DNA of 64,000 nt, taken from assembly GCF_036321535.1 (NCBI RefSeq), contig NC_087437.1, forward strand, positions 80,416,001 through 80,480,000, in the 5' to 3' direction. Each line of letters begins with the position of its first letter. Position 1 is the stretch's first letter. The stretch comes from Camelus dromedarius. Its lineage: Eukaryota. The translations under genes and the position numbers were made by a program. Positions 39,761 through 51,960 of this stretch are shown here, piece by piece. Under the pieces are notes generated by a model. That model did not search any database, was not told the DNA's origin, and saw only the letters and a program-made list of their open reading frames with translations.

Positions 39761-41490
39761 GATATCCCATGCTCCTGGATTGGAAGAACCAATATTGTTA
39801 AAATGGTCATACTGTCCAAGGCAATCTACAGATTTAATGCAATCCCTATCAAATTACCCAGGACATATTTCACAGAACTAGAACAAATCATAATAAAATT
39901 TATATGGAACCACAAAAGACTTAGAATTGCCAAAGCATTACTGAAGGAAAAGAAAGAGGCTGGAGGAATAACTCTCCCAGACTTCAGACAATACTATAGA
40001 GCTACAGTCATCAAGACAGCATGGTATTGGTACAAAAACAGACATATGGACCAATGGAACAGAATAGAGAGCCCAGAAATGAACCCACAAACTTTTGGTC
40101 AGCTAATCTTTGACAAAGGAGGCAAGAATATACAATGGAATAAAGACAGTCTCTTCAGCGAATGGTGTTGGGAAAACTGGACAACAGCATGTAAATCAGT
40201 GAAGCTAGAACACTCCCTGACACCATACACAAAAATCAACTCAAAATGGATCAAAGGCTTAAACATAAGACAAGATACAATAAACCTTCTAGAAGAAAAC
40301 ATGGGCAAAACATTATCTGACATACATCTCAAAAATGTTCTCCTAGGGCAGTCTACCCAAGCAATAGAAATAAAAGCAAAAATAAACAAATGGGGCCTAA
40401 TTAAACTTACAAGCTTCTGCACAGCAAAGGAAACCATAACTAAAACAAAAAGATAACCTACGGAATGGGAGAAAATTTTTGCAAATGAAACCGACAAAGG
40501 CTTGATCTCCAGAATATATAAGCAGCTCATATGACTTAATAAGAAAAAAACAAACAACCCAATCCAAAAATGGGCAGAACAGCTAAACAAGCAATTCTCC
40601 AAGGAAGACATACAAATGATCAATAGGCACATGAAAAAATGCTCAATATCACTAATTATCAGAGAAATGCAGATCAAAACTACGATGAGGTATCACCTCA
40701 CACTAGTTAGAATGGCCATCATTCAAAAGTCCACAAATGACAAACACTGGAGAGGCTGTGGAGAAAAGGGAACCCTCCTACACTGCTGGTGGGAATGCAG
40801 TTTGGTGCAGCCACTGTGGAAAACAGTATGGAGATTCCTCAAAAGACTAGAAATAGACTTACCATATGACCCAGGAATCCCACTCCTTGGCATATATCCA
40901 GAAGGAATCCTACTTCAAAAAGACACCTGCACCCCAATGTTCATAGCAGCACTATTTACAATAGCCAAGACATGGAAACAGCCTAAATGTCCATCAACAG
41001 ATGACTGGATAAAGAAGAAGTGGTATATTTATACAATGGAATACTATTCAGCCATAAAAAATGGCAACATAATGCCATTTGCAGCAACATGGATGTTCCT
41101 GGAGAATGTCATTCTAAGTGAAGTAAGCCAGAAAGAGAAAGAAAAATACCATATGAGATTCACCATATGAAAAAAAAAAACAAAACATAAATACAAAACA
41201 GAAACAGACTCATAGACATAGAATACAAACTTGTGGTTGCCAAGGCACAGGGGATGGGAAGGGACAGACTGGGATTTCAAAATGTAGAATAGATAAACAA
41301 GATTATACTGTACAGCACAGGGAAATATATACAAGATCTTGCGCTAGCTCACAGCAAACAAAAAAAATGTGACAATGAATATATGTATCTTCAGGTATAA
41401 CTGAAAAATTGTGCTCTACACTGGAATTTGACACAACATTGTAAAATGACTATAACTCAATTTAAAAAAAGTTAAAATAAATAAATAAAT
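39761..41490 (+). mobile_element. Youngest L1 in the window: 5'-truncated camelid-type L1 (ORF2 C-terminus and 3' UTR)
   Basis: ORFs 39803-40456 and 40616-41170 are L1 ORF2, including the Cys-rich [20 protein letters not shown] aaag[c/t]tttcctaga[a/g]at at 39744-39760 / 41491-41507. Confidence 0.97.
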
Positions 41491-41507
41491 AAAGTTTTCC
41501 TAGAGAT

Positions 41508-42175
41508 AGAGTCACTTCATAATGACAAAAAGCACATTCCATACATAAGAAATAATTTTAAATGTTTATGCAACTTTTGACACCACCTCAGACTATTTAA
41601 GCAAAAATTAGCAGGAAAAAAAAATAGATAAATGCAATATCATACAGGGATAGTTTAACAAATCTTTCTGTATTTGATAGACCAAGAATATTTTTTAAAT
41701 CAGCAAGAACAAAGAAGATATTTAATTACATAATCAGAAAATTAACAAGCATAATTAAGATTTAAGATATATACATAATAGAACAATGCATCCCCAACTG
41801 CAGAATACAGTTTCTTTTCAAGCACGTGTGAAGACACTTACAAAGACTGACCCACACTGATCCTTAAAGCAAGTTTCAAAAATACCAACATATTGGATTC
41901 ACTTAAAGTGCAGTCCCTGTCCACACTGCCAACAGATAACTGAAGATACCTAGAAAAATCCCATATGGTTAAAATCAATAAACTCATAAGTAGCTCTAGA
42001 GTCAAAGAGGAAATTAAATCTGACAATAGAAAAAACTTAGAACTGAATAATAATAAAAGTACCACAAACAAAACTTGAGGAAATACAGCTAAGGCAGAAA
42101 TTAGAGAGAAACTGGTAGTCTTAAAAGCCAGTATTGGAAAAGATGTATGAAAATTAAAGTGTTAAGCATCAACCC
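41508..42175 (+). mobile_element. Ancient L1 ORF2 (endonuclease region); continues at about 43520-44100
   Basis: 'tttaaatgtttatgca', 'gaacaatgcatccccaactgcagaatacagtttcttttcaagcac'. Confidence 0.7.
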
Positions 42176-42179
42176 AGGC

Positions 42180-43515
42180 AAAGGAACAGAACAGACGTTT
42201 TTCCAAAGACATACACATGGCCAACAGGAACATGAAAAGATGCTCAACATCATTCATCATCAGGGAAAAGCTAATCTAAACCACTAGGAGACATCATCTC
42301 ACACCTGTCTGTGTTGGCTCCCAAACTGGCCTCCACACACAGAGGACAAGGAGAGACTCAGGAAACAGGCTCCTCCAGATGGGTAGGTGGGTAGGCAGCA
42401 GGTTTAATAAGCAAAGGAACGTACATACCAGGCTAGCTGTGGGCACCCACAGGGCGAGAATCTTAACATTTATACACAAGTCTTGACTGGGGTTCATTCA
42501 ATCTCATTTACTGTCCAGATGGTTGCAACAACACCCTGCTCTCTCAAAGCTGCGCCCTTCAAAGCAGCTCTGGCTGTGGGAGAAGTGGGCGGAACATACA
42601 TTCCAAGGACCTGGGGGTGGGGAGGAGCCCCCAGTTGCCTGGGTCACCTCTCAGGTCAACGGGTGGTCACAGACTTTCCATGACCTCCTCCCACAACCTG
42701 TTGGATTGGCTGTCGTTGAGACAAGCAATAACAAGGATGTGGAAAAGGGGGAAACTCTATTGCACTCTGGGAACTTAAACGGGTTTGGCCACTAAAGAAA
42801 ACAGTACAAAGGTTGCTCAAAAAATTAAAAATAATATGATCCAGCAATCCCACTTCTGGGTATATATCCAAAGGAAATGAAAACAGAATATGGAAGAGAT
42901 ACCTGCACGCTCATGATTATTGTGGCATCATTCATAATAGCCAAGATACGGAAACAACCTAAACATCTGTCAGCAGATGAAAGGATAAAGAAGTTGTGGT
43001 GTGTATACATATAATGGAACATTACTCAACCATAAAAAAGAAAGAAATCCTGCCATTTGCCACAACATGGATGAACCTTGAGGGCATTAGACTAAGTTAG
43101 ATAAGCCAGACAGAGAGACAAATATTGTACGATATCACTTACATGTAGAATCTAAAAAAGCCAAACTCATAGAAACAGACTACAAAATGGTGGTTATCAG
43201 GGGCTGGAAGGTGGAGGGACTTGGGAGATGTTTAAGGACACAAACTTGCAACTCGAAGGTAAAAAAATTCTGTAGATCTAACGCACAGCACAGTAATGAC
43301 AGTCAACAAGACTGAATTATATACTTCAAAACTGCTAAGAAACCAGGTCTTAAATGCTCTCACCACAAAAAAGAAATGGTAATTATGTGACATAATAGAG
43401 GTGTTAGCTAAAGCTACAGTGCTAATCATATTGCAATATATAAATGTATCAAATCAACACACTGGATGCCTTAAACTTAAATAATGTTTTGTCAATTATA
43501 ACTCAATTCAAAAAG
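42180..43515 (+). mobile_element. L1MA-type 3' fragment interrupted by an LTR
   Basis: 'catggccaacaggaacatgaaaagatgctcaacatca'...'atgatccagcaatcccacttctgggtatatatcc'...3' UTR and 'caattcaaaaa'. Confidence 0.85.
42310..42695 (-). mobile_element. ERV solo LTR (6-7 bp TSD, possibly class II)
   Basis: TGTG...CACA termini; TSD acctgt(c/t) at 42303-42309 / 42696-42702; minus-strand TATAAA (42469-42474) and ATTAAA (42403-42408). Confidence 0.8.
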
Positions 43516-44159
43516 AGATTTGAAAAGGAAAAATACATTTGAAAACTTTTGTGAAATAGAAAAATTTCAGAAATATATAACTAACAAAAACTGATTCAAG
43601 AAGTAGGAAACTTTAATAGTTTTATAATCATCAAAAATACTGAATCAACAGTTTGGTCACTTGTGTTGGCTTCCATGACACATTTTCTTCAAGAATATTT
43701 GGCTGTTAAAAGCATATAAATTTATATTTAAATATAATTTAATTCCATTTACACAAACTATTCCAGAGTATAGAAAAGAGAAAAAATACTCCTCAACTCT
43801 GTTTACCAACTTTGTGTAATAACCTCAATTCCAAAAATTGACAAAAGCAATACAAAAGAGGAAAATTACAGGTCAGTCTCAATCATGAACACAGATGCTA
43901 AAAATAAAACAAAATGTTAGCTAACCAAGTCACCCCAAGGATGCTCTAGCATGTTGGAATGTTCTGTTTCTTACCCTGGTTGGTGGACACTTTGTTTTTT
44001 AAAACACTATCCTTTAAACTGACCAAACACATATTTGCCCAAATACATTTTGTACACTCTTCCATTTATAGGATATATTTCATTATAAAAACAAAAACAA
44101 TCCCTAGGAACATTTGAAACACTCACTCTTTCCCATCAAACTCATCTTATTCACCTGGA

Positions 44160-44345
44160 CCTCTCAGAACTCTGAAGTGTGACCCACACACTGAGCAGCA
44201 GCAGAGGCATCATGCAGGAACTTGTTAAAAATGAAAATACTGGGCCCCACACTAAATTAGAACCTCTGGGGGTAGGACTCAGGAATCTGTGTTTTAACAA
44301 GCCCTCCCAGTTATTTGGAGGCTCACTTAAGTTGGAGAAACACAA
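44160..44345. mobile_element. MER5-type hAT MITE
   Basis: 'gaacttgttaaaaatgaaaatactgggcccca...aggaatctgtgttttaacaagccctcc'. Confidence 0.8.
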
Positions 44346-45865
44346 CTCTTCGTAATAGCGGCAAGCAATAGATGGCTGGCAAGCAGGACGTGGGACTCAA
44401 GCCCAAGGGAACTGGAGCCAGAGGCAACTTAGTATCCAAAATACACCCACGAGCTTACCTGTAGCACATATTGCAGCATGTTGGGTTTTCCTTCTTTGAG
44501 GGACCAGCCTCACCTGGACTGGTCTCCTTTCACAGTAAGGATGATGATCATTTTTCAATGACTCACACATGAACATCGGCGTCAATTCGTGAGCCATGGC
44601 TCTTGAATGATATTAAAAGACTTCTCCACACTAGTCACTGTGTAAGCCAGCCAGAATAAACATACTGCTCTAGCTCTGAGTGAAGGGAAGTACGTTCATG
44701 CTGAATTATCCAGGGACAAGGACTCTCCTTAGTTCATTGACTAATCATCCATCTGTGGGAATATCCAAAAGTTCTCCTCCTTCTGGCATCCTCTCGTTCG
44801 TCCTCTTCACGTTTCCCAGAACTTTTGCATACACAGGAGAAACGACTGAAGGTCACTTTCCAATATGAACCTCAGGATGCCCACAAATGATTCACTGGGA
44901 ACAGACATCAGAACATCTGGTTAAAATACAATAAAACATAACATAAAACATAACATAAAATAAATATGTTAATTGTGGATTAAAATGTTCATCTTTATAT
45001 AGAAAAGTAAAATAAACTTTAAGAAAGTTAAAGAGCCATGAGTGGTAAGATCTGAATAAAATCTATTTTAACTTTTTAAATTTTTATATGAGGTATACTT
45101 TCACATAATTTGAAGAGAAGTATAGTTATTTTACAAGGCCTTGTATAAAAAATAGTGACCCCTTCCCAGAGGCAATATCTTTCCTCTCCTTCAGAGGATT
45201 CTTTTTGAATTTATCACAGTATTACTGAGTAACATGCAAATATTATAATTTTCTTGATTTTTCAGTTTTAGTCATTGTCAACTGTGTTTCTAACAAGATG
45301 AGGCTTAGCTTTAAGTTGTTCCTCTCACCTCACCACAAACACATGGATTTTCCCCATAACCACCAGCATCCCCTCATTCACTCACTAGAGTTGTATTTAA
45401 ATTTTCGTTACATCAGTATTCACTGTTTATGTTATTGTGACTATGTAAATACCATTCACAGTTGAGACTTGCAGTCTACTATTATTTCTTTCCTGTACAT
45501 CAAGCTTCGGTTGATGGGGATTGGGAGGGGAGAAACACGCGAAAACAGCGAATATTGATGCTTTTTTTCCTTATTTGCCCATATGCTTGGTTTTCTATTT
45601 ACTTATCACCAATTCAATCCCAAACTCTCTGCCAGGTGTCTAAAACTCCCATCAATATATTGTGGACCACAGAGTCAATCTATTCATTTCATCTCCTTGA
45701 GAAAATCTCTTCTGGAACTTTCTAACTTGCTTCCTTCTGGACACTGATGCCTAGCTATTGTCTTAGGACCTCCCTTCCTTCATTCTCGAGTCCTTTTTAC
45801 TTTCTTATATTAAATCTCCGGTTTCTTATTTCCTGTGTCTTTCTCTTTTTTAGTTTACTCGATTA

Positions 45866-47158
45866 TTTTTTTTTTTGGCTTTGCCAAAATAAGATTTTAT
45901 TTTAAAATCATTTGAAAGACACTGAGTAAAGAAGGAGACCTAAGACTCAGTGGATGCAGATTCCAAATTCATATTCCTTCCCACACCCACCAGGGGTCAT
46001 CATGTCAGAAAGTTGCTTTATTTGATAATTTCTATTTTTAGTTTCCTGGAGAAGAGATCTTTTCCCATAAGCCTTTTTTTTTTTTTTTTTTTTTTTTGTA
46101 GAGCTTTATTTCCAGGAAACAGCATGTTATTGGAGAAGGGTGTTTAAAAAAAAAATCAAGGTAGATCTAATATGTTCAACAATGTGTAGGGGCTCAGCCA
46201 GAAGTGATGTGGAAAGGTTCTCTAGTATTTGCTTATCATCTTGCTGCAACCAGAAATCCACACAGGGAAATGGCGTCCAGGAATATGGCCCTATACGAAG
46301 TTGTTCTGTCTTTGCATCCTAAATACTAATCATTGGTCCACCTGGTAAAGCTCCTACGGCATGCAGCTCCTCCTCCAGACCTCGGTCTGGTAAGGAGACT
46401 CTGTAGATCTCTGCAGTGTTAACATTGACAGCAATGCCGTAGATTATCGGAAAGTGCTTTTCATTTTCTTCCCAGTCACTTAATTCTGTCACACATAGTG
46501 TCACTAAGTGAATGTCATCTTCTTGTCTGTCAAACTCACTAAGAAGCTGATAAGTAAGCTTTTGTGACAACTGCCTGTCGTCACTGGAGCTGCCCACGAG
46601 GTGCACCCCCAGCCTTCCTCAGCGTGGCTAGAAAAGGATTTTATGGCGTTCATGGTCAAGGAGACCTCAGCTTTAGTGTCGGTTCCATCGCAGTATGTCA
46701 AGCAGGTGGCCCCATTACCTGTGTGCCTCAGGACCACAACGTGACAAGTGGTGGCATCATCAGAACCCAGAACGGAGATGGAGCACCCCTTTGGGGAGGT
46801 CCCTATAAGCTCTCTTTGTTGTACACACAGAAGGCCCTGGGGTCCCACTTTGGAACACACTGACCTCCGAGAAGTCTGGCTCTTTCCTCCAGAAGTGGGT
46901 GGGCTCAGACGAGGTCCCCGGCGGACTGCGGCAGCCACTCCTGCCCCCTCGTCTACCAGCAGGGGCATCGCGGAGGCGGCCGCCGGGGCAGGCCCAGGGG
47001 GGCCGTCGCCTCCGCGGCCCCGGGGCCGCTTGCCGCGCACGGGCCCGGGGCCCGCTTGCCGCGCACGGGCCCGGGCCCACGCCCACGCCCACGCCCACGC
47101 GCCGCCCGCCCCGCCCCACCGCGCCGCGGGGCCCTCCGGGAAGTGGAGTCCCACGGGG
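45866..47158 (-). pseudogene. NTAN1: Processed pseudogene of protein N-terminal asparagine amidohydrolase
   Basis: Intronless. ATG at 46968 (MPLLV); VGPQGLLCVQQRE..SVLGSDDATTCHVVVLRHTGNGATCLTYCDGTDTKAEV; HLVG..DDRQLSQKLTYQLLSEFDRQEDDIHLVTLCVTEL; GLWEKISSPGN* (stop 46038-46040). Has frameshifts and an in-frame TAG at 46319-46321, AATAAA at 45896-45901 and poly(A) at 45866-45876. Confidence 0.96.
46905..47158. promoter_or_regulatory. Small CpG island at the retrocopy 5' end with GC boxes
   Basis: About 34 CpGs in 46969-47155 by manual count; ccgccccgcccc GC box near 47106-47117; ETS-like ggaagtg near 47139-47145; activity unknown. Confidence 0.55.
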
Positions 47159-48924
47159 TTGGTTCACTCCATCTTTCCAATGAGCTGTATCTCTGAGAAA
47201 AAGCTCATGGAAGATAAATTTTTCAGGCCTTGAGTATCTACTAAATTTATTTTTGGGTACCACATTTGCTTATGAATTCGGCTGAGTGTAGACTCCTAGG
47301 AGTCGTTTTTCCTCAAAAATTTGGAGGCAATGTTTCATTAGATTACAGCCTCTGTTGTTGCTATTGACAAACACTCGGTATTATGAATTTTTTGTATTTT
47401 GTATGTGACTTTTTCTGGAAGTTTGTAGAACTTGTGGAAGTATAAAATTACATGTTTTGGAGTGAGTCTTTTTTAACTTTTTATTTTCTAATTTTTTTTT
47501 TTAATTCTGCTGTGAATCCTTTCAACCTGGAAACTCTATAACCTTTACTTCTAGAAATTTTTCTTTAACTATTTGAATCATGATTTCCTTTTTCTTTTCC
47601 TTCTTTTCTTTTCCTTCTTTTCTTTTTCTCCTTTTGAACTCCTCTTTTAAAGGTATTGGACCTCATTATCTGGCCCTCTAATTTTATTTTATTTTCTATT
47701 TTCCATCTCTTTTCTTGTTTTCTCAAATTTCTTGGAGATTTCCTACATTTTATCTTCCCACTGTTCTGTTGAGCTTTTCACTTCTGTTGTCATATTTTTA
47801 TCTGTGAGTTCTTAATTGTCCTTTTTTCAAGCAACTTGTTCTTATTTCACGAATGCAGTATCATTTTACAGCTCTCTGAGAACACTAATGATAATTTTTT
47901 AAGTAGTCTTTCCCCTGAAAATTTTTTTTTCTTCCAGATCACTTTTTTGTGTGTGTTTGGTCTCCAAGTTTCATGGCAGAATCTTACCTCATCTACCTGG
48001 TGACCTTGCTGGCCTATTACATTTAAAAGTGCAGCCCTGAAAGGGCTGACTGGAAGTTCTGTATCTGTGGTTGGGATTTGACCACTTTGGGCTTCACTGT
48101 ACCTGCTGATCCAGCTGGGCTATTTGCTGAGAGCTCCCCCTCCCCAGATGTCAGCACCATTTCATCCTTCTCTTGGTTTGGTAGAGCTGCTAGAGAAGGA
48201 GCTTCCAGTCTCCTATGTAGAAGATACACATCTTCTGGTCTACACTTTGGGAGCTGAGTAGAAGGGGGGGGGGGATTCAGTATTCAGAATATAAATTTGC
48301 TTAATTCCTGTTTCCAGTATTACACTTTCACCCTTGACTGTGTCTGACAAAACCCAGTGCAAGAACATTCTATTTTACACTCTCCAGTGAGCAATTTTCC
48401 TCAGTCTTCCTCGGGGTGGGTGGGGAGCAGAAAACAATTGTGAATCTGTGGATTGGGAGAGGGGACCTAACTGCTTTTTAAACAGACTTTAAATACTGTC
48501 CTTTTTAGCACTACTTCTCCTCTTCCAGAAGTACCTGAAATGCCAATTCCTCAAGCTTTTAGGGATTCTGTGTGTGTAAATCAGGTTTATTTCTAGTTTC
48601 CCACTGCTGGCATAGGATTGAGCTTTCTCAGGTATTCTAAATGGTGTTGATGTTGTTACATCTCTCATTTTCCTTATTTATCCTTTTAGATGAATGCCTT
48701 TCTCCCCAAAAAAATCCATTTATTTTCATTTTATGAGATGTTTGGAGGAAGAAAAGTAAATATATGGGCCCAATCAACCATCTTGATCCAAAAGTCACAG
48801 TAATAAAATTCATCAAAATTCTCCATGCAATAAAAGATAGTGTCAATGACTACTTAGGGAATCTAATCAACATTTTTTAAAAACTAAAGAAAAGACAAAA
48901 GAATTAATACAGTTACTTTAAAAA

Positions 48925-49495
48925 ATCACTTTGAAAAGCTGGCAATGCCTATAAGAGCTGAACATACCCCAAATTAGAAATATGGCACTGCTAGCACACA
49001 TCCAATAGGAATAGTCACATATGTTCATCAAAAATCATGTACAAAAATGCCCATAGCAACAGTATTCATATTAGCCTAAAGCTGGAATCAACTCTGATGC
49101 CCATCATCAGTGAAATGTATGACAAAGTGTGGTACAGTCATGGAATATGCACAATATGCACACTGGAATAATATAAAATGAAAATGAGCCTATTACTGCT
49201 ACATTCAAGAATACAAATATAATATTGACTGAAAATATACATGAAAGAATAAATATTGTAAAATTCTCCTTCTGTCAAGTTCAGAACTATCCTGTGGTGA
49301 TAGACTCGTTAACAGCCTCCTCCCTGGAAGGAGAAGTTGACTGGAGGGGAGTAGGAGGCACATTTCTGGGGAGCTGGCAATTCCTTGACCTGAGGGGTGG
49401 TTCTGTATGTTCCCTTCGAATAAATTATCAGTCGTATACTTATGAGTTGGCCACCTTTCTACGTTATACTTCAATTTAAAGGGTTCCTTCAAAAA
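48925..49495 (+). mobile_element. Ancient L1ME-type 3' fragment
   Basis: 'catatgttcatcaaaaatcatgtacaaaaatgcccatagcaacagtattcata', 'cgttatacttcaattta'. Confidence 0.7.
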
Positions 49496-49844
49496 AAAGT
49501 TACTGTTACCAAAAACAAAAACAAAAACAAAGAAAGTCTTTAGTTAATGAATCTACTTTAGTGTAGGTAAACTACACTATGACTTAAGTAGTTTCTTAGA
49601 CTCAAATGTCAGCTTTGCTCCTTATTAGAATGTGACTTTGGTTAAAGCATTATTTAAATTCCTCTATAAAATTAAGATGCAGTTATTCATCCAGCAAAAA
49701 TGTACTGCGTGCCAACTATTATAGGCACTTGGGAAATAGTTATGAGGAAAACACACCCATATCCTTAGCCACATAAAGCCAATATTCTGATGGAGAAGGA
49801 AAAAAAAATGTTTGCTCTGCCTACCTTCCAGAATTTCATGGTAA

Positions 49845-50015
49845 GAACCTGCTACTCAAAATATGGTTTATGGGCAAGCAATATTAGCACCACCTATGAA
49901 CTTGTTAGAAAAGCAAGTTCAAACCCCACCCTAGACTTTCTGAGAATCGGTATCCTCATTTTAACAAGATCTCCAAGTAATTTATATGCACATTAAAGTT
50001 TGAGAAGCACTGCTA
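49845..50015. mobile_element. MER5-type hAT MITE
   Basis: 'tgctactcaaaa...cattttaacaagatctccaagtaatttatatgcacattaaagtttgagaagcactg'. Confidence 0.8.
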
Positions 50016-50684
50016 TAGTACTTTGTGAATCATAAAATGCTGTCAGATGTAGGCTATTATTATTATTAGTCACTCTCACCAGGAAATTGCCACAACCCTG
50101 CTTTGTAGCTGCATTCCTATTCCAGCAAATAAGGAATATGAGGGTGAGAAGGCACCCATTTGCTTCCCTCTTAAAAGCTGCCTTATTTCCAGGCTGTATC
50201 GTTTTAGAGTGTTCTCTTTCTGCTGTTCTTTAAGTCGGCCTTAATTCTCCAGGTCAGTAGACCCCTGCATTAAAAGCCCCGTTGATAAAAAGGTTATTGA
50301 TGAACTTTATTGCTTGGTTTTTCAGTTGGTTCAACAGCACTTCCTGGTCATTCGACTGTGAGCCCAGGAAGAGTGCTTTGATAAAGTAATGAAATGCTAC
50401 ACAAAACAGACTCTAAATTTGCAAGGTTTCATTAGTGTGTTGGTATGTCCCAGGTTCATTCTGTGTCTTTCACCTCCTGGCTGGGAGAGCTAGCGGAATT
50501 TTTTCCTGCAGGCTATTTGGTGGATCTCTAATTAGTCTTGTTCTGACAGAGCTTTTGTGGAGGTAAGAGCCCAGGAAGGAACCGATCTTCTGGTAGAAGA
50601 GCATGTTGTTCTGGGGAAAGGGACTAATCAGGCCTTCAACATCTGTCTTATTAGAGAAAAAAATACTTCGTCAAGTTGTCCCTA

Positions 50685-50852
50685 GAGTGATGTTACTCAA
50701 ACTTTAATATGCATGCAAATCACTCAGCGGTCATATTAAAACACAGTTGAGATTCACCAGGTCTGGGGTGGAGCTGAAAATTCTTCATTTCTAATATGCT
50801 GGCAGGTGATGTTGACGCCATGGGTTCCCAGACCACACTTTCAGTAGCAAGG
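50685..50852. mobile_element. MER5-type hAT MITE
   Basis: 'tactcaaactttaatatgcatgcaaatcac...gtctggggtggagctga...gaccacactttcagtagca'. Confidence 0.8.
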
Positions 50853-51751
50853 TCCTATCCTCCAGGAACTCAAGAGTAATCAAACAGTAATTTTGAATCA
50901 CTAAGCTCCTCCAACATGCACAACAGTGTCTTCTGATAAAATCCAGCAAACCACAGTAAGTTAGTTGACTGACTGGTTCTTTAGGAATTTAGAAATTAAA
51001 AGATCCATATTATAACTATATGTACATATTTGGACAGAACTATTTCTACAGCAACCTGAAGGAAGTACATTGCAATGTTAAGATTTGTGTTTTCTTTTTT
51101 TTCTGGTTCCCGCTTTCTAAATTTTCTAAAATAAATATTGTTTAATTTTATAGTATAAAGGCAATAAATGTTAGTTTTTTAAAATGTACGTTTTTAAAAT
51201 TTATTCTAATCTCAAGCTAAATACTCTGACTACTGGATAAAAGTTCTCGACTTTTCCATAAATAGCATGTATTTATGGAGTATAACACATACTCAAGTTC
51301 TCTCTGCCTCTTTTGTCCATCTCCCCACCAGCTCTGAGGGCTGAAAAAAGGTCAAGTTGTAATGGACTTCAAATGTATCCAACATTACTTTCTCTAAGAT
51401 AAAGAATTCCTTTTGGGGGTTTTGCCATCTTAATGATAAAAATGCATGTGGCTTCATCAATAGTAAATAACTACTACTTTATAAGAGAATTTATGATGAA
51501 AAATTCTTCCTTAGATAACTCTGGACTTCCCAGAAGCACTTCATAAATGCTTACTTTGATAAATTTGTGATCATCTTAAGACAATTCAGAGATAAAAACT
51601 GATTCATTTTCAAACTCAGGACAAAAAAAGGATATTAAATAGAGATTGTTATTGATGATTTGGTCCTACAAGCAAGTAGAAAAAAAGCCACAAGAGTGAC
51701 AAGGCAATCTGACCAGAACTTGTTCTTTTAACCATTGCCTCGCACAGCCTC

Positions 51752-51960
51752 TAATAATGCTTAACACTTCTGGAGCACTTACTTGCACCAGGGACTGTAT
51801 TAAATACATTTGATATGGATTATCTCACTTAACACTCACAACAACCTATTTTCCTTATGTCACAAATGAGGAAACATAAAAGAGGTGAAGTAGCTTGCCT
51901 ACACGTGTGCAGTAAGAGGCAGACAAGGCAGGAAGTGGCTGATTCCAGGCCATGTCTCGA
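51752..51960 (-). mobile_element. MIR SINE
   Basis: 'agcacttact...atctcacttaacactcacaacaacctat...acaaatgaggaaac'. Confidence 0.75.

Larger units (their letters stand above)
45080..48800 (-). mobile_element. Ancient HAL1-like / L1-derived element, split by the NTAN1 retrocopy
   Basis: T-rich antisense sequence; 'atcaccaattcaatcccaaactctctgccag', 'aaaatctcttctggaactttcta', 'ctgagaaaaagctcatggaagataaatttttt' resemble recalled HAL1; outer boundaries approximate. Confidence 0.6.

Noticed and set aside
40099..40677. 192-aa hydrophobic minus-strand ORF
   Set aside because: Antisense reading of L1 ORF2, a common artefact.
39803..41170. 217-aa and 184-aa ORFs as a possible gene or active element
   Set aside because: They are pieces of a 5'-truncated L1 ORF2 separated by stop codons, with no EN or RT core.
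46504..47263. Long overlapping GC-rich ORFs (216, 161 and 167 aa) suggesting an N-terminally extended NTAN1 or an antisense gene
   Set aside because: The 216-aa frame starts at GTG and is frameshifted relative to NTAN1; stop codons are rare here because of the GC content.
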